Below, piece after piece: positions 1 through 7,580 of a stretch of DNA of 64,000 bases (the stretch's first letter is position 1; every line of letters begins with the position of its first letter). Origin of the DNA: Chitinophagales bacterium (GTDB lineage: Bacteria; Bacteroidota; Bacteroidia; Chitinophagales; UBA8649); assembly GCA_049890075.1 (NCBI GenBank), contig JBMHCE010000040.1:17412-81411 (forward strand), given 5' to 3'. The position numbers and the translations under genes are program-made. Under the pieces are notes generated by a model. That model ran no database searches, was not told the origin of the DNA, and saw only the letters and a list, made by a program, of their open reading frames with translations.

Positions 1-700
1 GCTCGTCATACAATTCAGCCATGACCTCAACACGGCTTTTTTTAGCCTCGCCTACCTTTTGATTTCGATAGATTGGTAAGGCACCCCATCGGGTCATAAT
101 GCGTCTAAAGGGAAAACGAATCCAGTCGGACTTTATCGCAAAGCGCAATGGAATATTTAATTGCAGAAATCCTCCACGGGCATAAATAATATCCCAATTG
201 CTTGTATGGGGTGCAGCAATAACTACGCTTCGTTCAAGACCCTCTGGCGTATCATGAGATATTGTCCAGCCCTTCAGTTCAAACCAGTCAGCCATAGCAC
301 TTTGTGTCCCAGGATAAAAAGGTTGTCCTAACCACCACGCTATGAGTACAAAAACTATTTGAAAAGGTAGGCGAATGATGGCTATGGTGGATGTCGTTTC
401 CAGGCAAGCTTGAGCACCTGCATCCATAGCTAGATAAATATTAGCGGGAAAGACTGCAATTAGCAAGGCAATAATACCATAACTCGCCCATCGCCTGTAG
501 GCCGGTATCAATAAGGCTACACCAAGAAGAATTTCTGCCAACCCACTAAAAAGCACACAAAACGAGTGAAAAGGAATGTAGGGCGGCATGATGCACATGA
601 AAAAGTCCTTATTGACAAAATGATAAATTCCCACAGCAATGTATCCCAAGGCCGTAAACCATAACAAGGCATATCGCAAACAAAAAATGGCTCTTTTCAT
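1..700 (-). CDS. Partial CDS (3' end runs off the window start): DoxX-like 4-TM domain fused to a PlsC-type (HxxxxD) acyltransferase domain
   Basis: Not in the ORF track because it is open at the window edge. My own reverse-strand translation from the ATG at 700-698 reads MKRAIFCLRYALLWFTALGYIAVGIYHFVNKDFFMCIMPPYIPFHSFCVLFSGLAEILLGVALLIPAYRRWASYGIIALLIAVFPANIYLAMDAGAQACLETTSTIAIIRLPFQIVFVLIAWWLGQPFYPGTQSAMADWFELKGWTISHDTPEGLERSVVIAAPHTSNWDIIYARGGFLQLNIPLRFAIKSDWIRFPFRRIMTRWGALPIYRNQKVGEAKKSRVEVMAELYDE. It has four hydrophobic helices with a DoxX-like pattern (MPPYIP...SGxAEIxLG), followed by acyltransferase block I (H-TSNW-D). The frame stays open to nt 1. Confidence 0.75.
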   Translation of the reverse strand, partial: MKRAIFCLRYALLWFTALGYIAVGIYHFVNKDFFMCIMPPYIPFHSFCVLFSGLAEILLGVALLIPAYRRWASYGIIALLIAVFPANIYLAMDAGAQACLETTSTIAIIRLPFQIVFVLIAWWLGQPFYPGTQSAMADWFELKGWTISHDTPEGLERSVVIAAPHTSNWDIIYARGGFLQLNIPLRFAIKSDWIRFPFRRIMTRWGALPIYRNQKVGEAKKSRVEVMAELYDE

Positions 701-792
701 TGACATTCAACATTTTAAGGAGCAGAACCAACATTAAGTAAACGTTAACTCCTTATCGTTTTGCTTATCTTTAAGCTCTGAATTTACGCCTT

Positions 793-3700
793 GTGAACAA
801 ATTTTATAATTCTACGCCGCTTGTAAGAATCATCCTATGCTTAGGATTCGTAAGCCTCTTTTTTTCTCAGGCTCTACAAGCACAAAATCCACCGATCGCA
901 ATCAATGACACAGTTTCCACGCAGGAAAATGTGGATGCTTTAGTGTCTTTACTTGGTAATGATATTGATGTCGATGGCGACCTTGACTCCACATCAATTG
1001 ACCTCGACACCCTTAGTTCTGGCCAGCAAGACTCATTAACTACTTCCTTGGGTCTACTTTGGGTGGACAGTTTAGGCAACCTTACGTTTGAGGTAAGTCC
1101 AGGAGTTTATGGTGTAGATACTGCCTTTTACAGCATTCAGGACACCAGTGGAAATGTATCCAATGTGGCGTCCATTTTCCTTGAGGTTCGTCCCAATCCT
1201 TTTATTGTCAATGATACCATCACGTTTAACGAAGATGAAACCTTTGCCGGGCTCCTTTTGAATAATGGAGACAGTGCGATTAACGGAGGCAGCCTTCAGA
1301 TCACCTCCGTTCTTCAAGATCCTTTTAACGGGGGATCACTCACTTTTGGTAATAACGCGTTAGGCAACTACTCTATTCACCTTGACGCGAACTATAATGG
1401 CCCGGATACAGCGATCTTGGAGGTCTGTGATATTGTAAACAATACCTGCCTGCCAGATACCATCTTTATCACCGTACTCCCTGTCAGTGACGCTCCTGTA
1501 GTTACCCTCGACAGCTTTACTACTCTTGAAGATTCGGTTCTCGTAGATACTATACTATTTAATGATGATGCAGATTCAATAAACTATAACCCCGTTGTCT
1601 TCATAGACAGCTTATTGTCTCCACCAACCTTGGGAACACTCGACACGCTTGCTGCTGATGGTTACTTTGAATACACTCCTTTAACAGACCTCTATGGTAT
1701 TGACACCTTTGTCATTAGTGTATGTGATGAAGGCTTCCCAGACTCGCTCTGCACGACAGATACCATCTATGTGTTAATCATCGGAGTAAATGATACCGCC
1801 CAAATGGCCAACGAATTCATGGTTTGCCTTTTGGATTCTACAGCGAATGGCAATACGTTGCAAGGCGATATTGATGATGGAAATCTTTTTGTAACATCTT
1901 ACCAAGATTCTGTTTTTCATGGAGAGGTTATTTACTGGGATTCCACAGGATTAGTAACCTATACTCCGGATAGTGGATTCCTCGGTATAGATTCTGCAGT
2001 GTTTACAGCAGACGATGACGGCGACCCACTTCCCCCCATCATCGGCTACACCGACACATTTTTTATGGTAACCATTGATCCCATCACTTTGGACTCCATC
2101 TTCATTTTAGAGGATACTGATACGGCTGGAATCATTGAAGAATTTTATGGATTCGACCCAACGGCAGTGGTTCAATTTACTGTAGTCGATAGCCCATCCT
2201 TGGGAGATATGTTTGCCCTTCCTAATGGCAGCTATTTCTTTTCTCCTTATCCAAATCAGTATGGCTTAGATACGGTGGTTTTTGAGGTGTGCGATCTAAA
2301 CATATCCAGTACCCCTGGAAGTAATTGGTGTTATTTTGATACACTGTATATCGACATTGATACCGTAAATGATACCCCAACCATCACCAATGATTATTAC
2401 ACCATCAATGAAGACGTAACCCTATCGGATGACTTTTGGAATGAAGCCTTAGAACATGATAGTGCAGATATCTTCGCTGAACAAACTACGGCGCCTGTTA
2501 TCTTATATCCTGACTTTGCCTCCAATCCAATTTACCAGTCTAATCCCAATGCAACATTTACCTTCTTTGTAGATGGCAGTTTTGACTACTCCACACCACC
2601 ACATTATTATGGAAATGATACGATAGTCATTGGATTTACCGATGCAGGGTATCCACCACCAGCAATAATAGTCTACGATACATTGTTTATCGAAGTAGTC
2701 CCTATCAATGACACGCCTACGATTAATGACAAGTTTTTTATTGCGCTGGAGGATTCCTTCCTTATTGATATGCCCATACTTGATTCTACCGATACCGACA
2801 TCGAGGGCGGATTCCAATCTCCAACACTAATCGATTCTACAGACAATGGGACGGTGTTTTTAACACAAGACATCAATGGAAATCCTGTGTTTAGCTACAA
2901 TCCGGATCCAAACTTCTATGGTGTTGATTCATTTAGCATACTCCTATGCGACTTTGGTGAACTTGGAGCCTTCCCAATCCTCAATGAGATTTGTGATACC
3001 ATGTGGCTCTATATCAATGTTTTTCCTGTGACAGATACTCCAGTAATCATTGACAATTCGGAATCCGTTCTTGAAGATGACACCCTGACTTCGAGTTACG
3101 TCGATGGCAATGATATTGCATTAGACGGAAGCTTTGTTCTCGCGGAACTCGTTGACTCTACACAACATGGTGAGCTAATTCTCACAGACTCTTCAGGAAA
3201 CTACACCTACATTCCAGGTCCTGACTACTATGGATTGGATAGCTTCTCGGTTGTTATCTGCGATGATGGACCACCGACGCCTCCAACCCTATGCGATACG
3301 AATTGGGTGTATATCACCGTAGTCCCTGTCAATGATGCCCCAGTGATTATCAATGACACCCTTACCATTGAAGAAGATCAAGTTTACACAGGAAATGCTG
3401 TAGGGAATGAAGACACAGATATTGATGGAAATGTCATTTATTCAACCGTTTTTGCACTTCCTAATCATGGTGTTCTTTCGATTAATACCAACGGTGAGTA
3501 TACCTATATCCCAAATCCAGAATACTATGGCAGTGACTCTATTGGCGTGATCTTATGTGATGATGGCACACCTAATCCGCCTCAGAATTGTGATACCAAT
3601 TGGATTTTCTTTACCATTACTCCGGTAAATGATGCACCCGTAGTATTTGATACATTCTATTTTATTTCATCAAGCGATACCCTATCTATTAATCTTATCG

Positions 3701-4455
3701 ATAGTAATGAATACGACCCTGAGCTATCGACACTTGTCTATCCCAATGCACCTTCAAGCGGTCCAAACCATGGGACAATCACCTTGGATTCAACAGGCAA
3801 TTACACCTATATCCCTGAAAACAACTTTACAGGCGTAGATACCCTCGTATTCGAAATTTGTGACACAGGGTTAATTGTAAATGGCGACACATTACCAGTG
3901 GCATGCAGTTTAGATACTGTACTTATCCAAGTGACCTGTCAAGTTGGTGACAGCACCTTTGATTGTGACAATGATGGATTGACAAATCAAGAAGAAGAAG
4001 CTGCTGGAACTGACCCATATAATCCGGATACTGATGGTGATGGAGTTATAGATGGAACAGAAGTGTCAGATGGCACCAATCCCCTTGAGCCTTGTAGCTA
4101 TTTACAAACGAGCATTACCCTTGAGGTTACCACCACTGAGGATTGCACCTTTACCATTCCTGAAGGATTCTCTCCAAATGGTGATGGCACGAATGATACC
4201 TGGTTTATTCAAGGGATTGACAACTTCTTTGAAGCTGAGGTAAAAGTATACAACCGATGGGGTAGCCTAGTTTATCAAGCAAAACCCTATACCAACGCCA
4301 ACGGGTGGGATGGAAAAAGCAATAATGGCGTAAGTCTCATCGGAGAAGATTTGCCAGTGGGTACCTATTTCTACCTCATTGACCTTGGCAGCGTAGGGGC
4401 CTTTGGGCCAGGAAGCCAAACCATTTTTAAAGGATATGTTTATCTGAATCGATAA
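793..4455 (+). CDS. Giant surface adhesin-like protein: tandem ~95-105-aa cadherin-like ('tandem-95') repeats, a TSP3-like Ca-binding stretch and a T9SS type-B C-terminal sorting domain
   Basis: GTG start and a signal-like N-terminus (RIILCLGFVSLFFSQALQAQ). There are about 10 divergent repeats, each closing with a V/I-N/S/T-D-A/T-P motif (INDTV, VNDTI, VSDAP, VNDTA, VNDTP, INDTP, VTDTP, VNDAP x2) and containing YGxD(S/T)F and CD elements. An Asp-rich stretch DCDNDGLTNQEEEAAGTDPYNPDTDGDGVIDGTE lies at nt ~3961-4080. The C-terminus (nt ~4141-4452) reads IPEGFSPNGDGTNDTWFIQGI..VKVYNRWGSLVY..GWDGK..LPVGTYFYLIDL..GYVYLNR, which is the gliding-motility-associated C-terminal domain (type-B CTD). Confidence 0.9.
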   Translation: MNKFYNSTPLVRIILCLGFVSLFFSQALQAQNPPIAINDTVSTQENVDALVSLLGNDIDVDGDLDSTSIDLDTLSSGQQDSLTTSLGLLWVDSLGNLTFEVSPGVYGVDTAFYSIQDTSGNVSNVASIFLEVRPNPFIVNDTITFNEDETFAGLLLNNGDSAINGGSLQITSVLQDPFNGGSLTFGNNALGNYSIHLDANYNGPDTAILEVCDIVNNTCLPDTIFITVLPVSDAPVVTLDSFTTLEDSVLVDTILFNDDADSINYNPVVFIDSLLSPPTLGTLDTLAADGYFEYTPLTDLYGIDTFVISVCDEGFPDSLCTTDTIYVLIIGVNDTAQMANEFMVCLLDSTANGNTLQGDIDDGNLFVTSYQDSVFHGEVIYWDSTGLVTYTPDSGFLGIDSAVFTADDDGDPLPPIIGYTDTFFMVTIDPITLDSIFILEDTDTAGIIEEFYGFDPTAVVQFTVVDSPSLGDMFALPNGSYFFSPYPNQYGLDTVVFEVCDLNISSTPGSNWCYFDTLYIDIDTVNDTPTITNDYYTINEDVTLSDDFWNEALEHDSADIFAEQTTAPVILYPDFASNPIYQSNPNATFTFFVDGSFDYSTPPHYYGNDTIVIGFTDAGYPPPAIIVYDTLFIEVVPINDTPTINDKFFIALEDSFLIDMPILDSTDTDIEGGFQSPTLIDSTDNGTVFLTQDINGNPVFSYNPDPNFYGVDSFSILLCDFGELGAFPILNEICDTMWLYINVFPVTDTPVIIDNSESVLEDDTLTSSYVDGNDIALDGSFVLAELVDSTQHGELILTDSSGNYTYIPGPDYYGLDSFSVVICDDGPPTPPTLCDTNWVYITVVPVNDAPVIINDTLTIEEDQVYTGNAVGNEDTDIDGNVIYSTVFALPNHGVLSINTNGEYTYIPNPEYYGSDSIGVILCDDGTPNPPQNCDTNWIFFTITPVNDAPVVFDTFYFISSSDTLSINLIDSNEYDPELSTLVYPNAPSSGPNHGTITLDSTGNYTYIPENNFTGVDTLVFEICDTGLIVNGDTLPVACSLDTVLIQVTCQVGDSTFDCDNDGLTNQEEEAAGTDPYNPDTDGDGVIDGTEVSDGTNPLEPCSYLQTSITLEVTTTEDCTFTIPEGFSPNGDGTNDTWFIQGIDNFFEAEVKVYNRWGSLVYQAKPYTNANGWDGKSNNGVSLIGEDLPVGTYFYLIDLGSVGAFGPGSQTIFKGYVYLNR

Positions 4456-4458
4456 GTT

Positions 4459-5403
4459 ATGATATACAATAATAGATACTTTATCCGGCGAGTATTCGCC
4501 CTTGGATTGTTTTGTACACTAGGTCTTTCTGTGGCTGTAGCACAGCAAGAACCCATATACACCAACTTTACACAAAACACCCTAAACGTAAACCCAGCAT
4601 ATGCTGGTAGTCGAGATGCGTTGACATTGACCGTGCTCCATCGCAGTCAATGGGTAGGCGTGGAAGGTGCTCCTATGACGCAGACGCTCACCCTTCACAC
4701 ACCACTAATTAGTGAACGACTTGGCGTAGGGTTTTCTGCAATGAATGATAAGATTGGTCCAAGCAACACCTCTCAAGCCTATATTGATCTCGCCTACCGT
4801 CAACCCTTAGGTGATCAATTCAAACTCGCTATAGGAATCAAGGGCGGTGGAAGAGTATTTCAAAACAACCTAACCGATCTTAATGGAGTGACGGGAGATA
4901 TTGCATTTGCCGAGGATGAAAGCAGTCGCTTTTTACCCAATGTGGGCGCAGGACTTTACCTAAGTTCCCAGCAATTTTACTTTGGATTTAGTGCCCCAAG
5001 ATTATTAAAAAACAACCTACGAACGAATGCAACAAGTCGAGAAGAAAGCCTGACCTATCATATCATAACTGGTGGTGTGCTACCCTTGGGAGATTTAAGC
5101 GCTGTCAAGCTAAACCCCGCAGCCATGGTACAAGTAGAATCCGGCAGCCCTGTTGCTATGCATTTAATGATGAATGTGATTGTCAAAGACAAGTTTGAAA
5201 TTGGCGGAATGTGGCGATCAGGAGATGCCATAGGAGGAATTGTTGGATGGAATATTCTCCCTAGTCTAAAGCTTGGCTACAGCTTTGATTATTCGTATGG
5301 ATTTCAGTCATTCACGCACAATGGAGGGTCTCATGAAGCCTATCTGCGTTTTGACTGGTTTAAGAGAAACCGTATACCTGCTGTAACCCCGCGATACTTT
5401 TGA
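4459..5403 (+). CDS. PorP/SprF-family type IX secretion system outer-membrane protein
   Basis: Signal peptide ending VAVAQQ, then EPIYTNFTQNTLNVNPAYAGS, the characteristic N-terminus of mature PorP/SprF proteins. The body has a beta-barrel-like alternating pattern. The gene starts 4 nt after the type-B cargo gene. Confidence 0.9.
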   Translation: MIYNNRYFIRRVFALGLFCTLGLSVAVAQQEPIYTNFTQNTLNVNPAYAGSRDALTLTVLHRSQWVGVEGAPMTQTLTLHTPLISERLGVGFSAMNDKIGPSNTSQAYIDLAYRQPLGDQFKLAIGIKGGGRVFQNNLTDLNGVTGDIAFAEDESSRFLPNVGAGLYLSSQQFYFGFSAPRLLKNNLRTNATSREESLTYHIITGGVLPLGDLSAVKLNPAAMVQVESGSPVAMHLMMNVIVKDKFEIGGMWRSGDAIGGIVGWNILPSLKLGYSFDYSYGFQSFTHNGGSHEAYLRFDWFKRNRIPAVTPRYF

Positions 5404-5423
5404 TAAATAAAACAATTAATACA

Positions 5424-7253
5424 ATGAATCATTCCGTTGTAAAGCTTTTTTGCCTAAGCCTAGTACTCCTTTTTCTAGGAAATAGTAATACATACGCTCA
5501 AGACGCCAAATGCGCTGAGTTTTTCCGAGCTATGGAATACGAAAAGGCTGTTCTATGTCTTGAAAAAAATAAACCTACAAGTGCCGATGGGTGGAGAATG
5601 CTTGGTGAAGCCTATCGCCTCAGTGGAAAAGCGAGCAAAGCTTTTCGCATGTATGACAGAGTGCTAAAGAATTTTGAGGAGGAGGCTACACAAACAGACC
5701 TACTCAAAGCAATGGTTTATTCACGTATGGCAAGACAGTATGGCAAAAGTGTAGAGTACGCACAGCAATTGCTCGACAAGTATGGAAACAATCGACTTGC
5801 CAGTGATATCATTGAATTAGATTCTCTGATGGATGAATTATCCGATCGCAAGACAGGTATCTTTTCCGCTACGCCGACAAATCTTGTGGATGACCAAATT
5901 GATATCGGACCAATGTTTATGAGTGAGGGTGAATTAGTCTTTGCTTCAAGTCGGCGCAAAGCACAGCCCAAAAGAGTAGAAAACACGAGTACGGGACTCG
6001 GTTTTTTAGATGTTTATAAGGCAACCATCGATGGTAAGAATCTTAACAACATTGTGCGGATGGATGAGAGTTTTCAAACTGATTACCACGACGGACCCGT
6101 TTCTTTTGCTAAAGAGGGTTCAATGGCAGCTATAAGCAGGACCTTGGAAAACGGATACAATGCTGAAGGCCAAATGCCACTAGGCATCTTTTTTAGCCAA
6201 AAATCAGAGTATGGTGAATGGGATAGCTGGGAGGCTTTTCCGCATAACGATCCCACCTATAGCTGCAGTCATCCTTTTCTAACCGCCGATGGAAAGCGAC
6301 TGTATTTTTCAAGCAACATGCCTGGAGGATCAGGAGGAAGTGATATATACTACAGTGACTACACTAGCGAGGGATGGGGCAAACCTGAAAATATGGGAAG
6401 CCGCATCAATACGTCATTTGATGAGGTGTTTCCGGTTATGACACAGCGTGGGGATATGCTTTTGTTCGCCAGTGATGGACACTTTGGATTGGGAGGGCTT
6501 GATATCCTGATTGCGAGAAAGTCTTCTCTGGGCATATATGACATTATAGATAATCCCGGAGCACCTGTAAACTCTCCATTAGATGATTATGGTCTAGTAT
6601 TGGATCCCATGCTAGAATATGGCTATTTCACTACAAATCGCCAAGCATCAAAAAGCAGAGAGGATATCTACTATGCCAAGGTCGAGGTACCCTTTGAATT
6701 TTCTAAAATTATATCCGGCATAGTACGGGATACAGCAGGAAATGGAATTCCGAATGCCGATGTTCAGCTTGTAGACAGCTTTATCAATGTGTTAATGACC
6801 ACGAGAACTGACGAGGAAGGTCGCTATGGATTTGAGTTAGAGGAAGACGGTCGTTTCCTTGTTGAAGCACGAGCAGCAGGGTACAACGAGGGGAACAATG
6901 TGATTATCATGAATCCGCGCCAGTTAAATTATACGATGAATTTAACGTTGCCGGAGTTTGAGGGGCTTTCATTTTTCGGGCGTATGATGGATGGTGGAGC
7001 GCGCCGATTTATGGAAGATGTAAAAATTACGCTGACCAATCTTGATAACAACGACATGCAATCCACTTTCTCCAATAAGGATGGTTCATTTCGTTTCGCC
7101 TTGGATGAATATAATCTTGGCCAACTATATAACATTCGTCTAGTCATAGAAAAAACTGGCTATCAAAAGAAGACTTTTGAGTTTAGCGTCACCTTTACAG
7201 AGAATGGACCTTTTGTCTTAAACAAAGCACTCAACCTGAGCATGACAAAATAG
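5424..7253 (+). CDS. Secreted TPR / PD40 (WD40-like beta-propeller) / carboxypeptidase-regulatory-like domain protein
   Basis: The ORF track starts at TTG 5400, overlapping the porP stop. I prefer ATG 5424 (MNHSVVKLFCLSLVLLFLGNSNTYAQ signal). TPR-like helices: AEFFRAMEYEKAVLCLEK..WRMLGEAYRLSGKASKAFRMYDRVL. PD40-type repeats: PFLTADGKRLYFSSNMPGGSGGSDIYYS and VFPVMTQRGDMLLFASDGHFGLGGLDILIA. Two CarboxypepD_reg-like modules: ISGIVRDTAGNGIPNADVQLVD..TDEEGRYGFEL and FFGRMMDG..VKITLTNLDNN..SNKDGSFRFAL. I see no OmpA-like C-terminal motif. Confidence 0.8.
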   Translation: MNHSVVKLFCLSLVLLFLGNSNTYAQDAKCAEFFRAMEYEKAVLCLEKNKPTSADGWRMLGEAYRLSGKASKAFRMYDRVLKNFEEEATQTDLLKAMVYSRMARQYGKSVEYAQQLLDKYGNNRLASDIIELDSLMDELSDRKTGIFSATPTNLVDDQIDIGPMFMSEGELVFASSRRKAQPKRVENTSTGLGFLDVYKATIDGKNLNNIVRMDESFQTDYHDGPVSFAKEGSMAAISRTLENGYNAEGQMPLGIFFSQKSEYGEWDSWEAFPHNDPTYSCSHPFLTADGKRLYFSSNMPGGSGGSDIYYSDYTSEGWGKPENMGSRINTSFDEVFPVMTQRGDMLLFASDGHFGLGGLDILIARKSSLGIYDIIDNPGAPVNSPLDDYGLVLDPMLEYGYFTTNRQASKSREDIYYAKVEVPFEFSKIISGIVRDTAGNGIPNADVQLVDSFINVLMTTRTDEEGRYGFELEEDGRFLVEARAAGYNEGNNVIIMNPRQLNYTMNLTLPEFEGLSFFGRMMDGGARRFMEDVKITLTNLDNNDMQSTFSNKDGSFRFALDEYNLGQLYNIRLVIEKTGYQKKTFEFSVTFTENGPFVLNKALNLSMTK

Positions 7254-7276
7254 CCGCGGCATAAACTAACTTTATG

Positions 7277-7301
7277 TTAATTTTGTGTTAACACAAATTA
7301 A
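7277..7301. repeat. Imperfect AT-rich palindrome centred on GTTAAC (TTAATTTTGTGTT/AACACAAATTAA)
   Basis: Read directly: ttaattttgtgtt|aacacaaattaa, with one extra T in the left arm. It lies between the stop at 7253 and the ATG at 7310 and includes a TAATTTTG (TAnnTTTG) match at 7278-7285. Confidence 0.6.
7278..7285 (+). promoter_or_regulatory. Candidate Bacteroidetes -7 promoter element (TAnnTTTG) for the 7310 ORF
   Basis: TAATTTTG fits the TAnnTTTG consensus, 24 nt upstream of ATG 7310. I found no convincing -33 TTG at the expected spacing. Confidence 0.3.
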
Positions 7302-7309
7302 ATTGAGCT

Positions 7310-7579
7310 ATGCCTCAAAAATTAACACAAAAAGAAGTCAAAGATTTGCTTGGTAGCAAGGTTGGCCGTAGAAGAAAAGCAATTTTTTTCGGAAAAGAGA
7401 TTGAAAGCCTGAAAAAGGGTGAGGGATTGTTGGTTACCCATAAGGAATGGAAGGATACCACAAAACTTAAAACAAAGCCTTCAACCTATTACTACAACAA
7501 GTACAATAAGGATAGCAAAAACAAGATTTTAAGTATCGCATCTGTTGTTGACGGCTACCTCCTCACTAAAATGGTTTAA
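7310..7579 (+). CDS. Hypothetical small Lys-rich protein (89 aa)
   Basis: ATG start. This is the only ORF filling this gap, and it has no motif I recognise (MPQKLTQKEVKDLLGSKVGRRRKAIFFGKEIESLKKGEG...). Its stop lies 1 nt from the convergent ABC-F stop. Confidence 0.45.
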   Translation: MPQKLTQKEVKDLLGSKVGRRRKAIFFGKEIESLKKGEGLLVTHKEWKDTTKLKTKPSTYYYNKYNKDSKNKILSIASVVDGYLLTKMV

Positions 7580-7580
7580 T

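Noticed and set aside
793-4455. I considered whether the ~300-bp protein repeats of the adhesin form a DNA-level tandem array that could drive slippage or phase variation.
   Set aside because: The repeats are conserved only at the motif level (VNDAP, YGxDxF). The nucleotide sequences of neighbouring units are clearly diverged, unlike the 468-bp duplication at 37351-38283.
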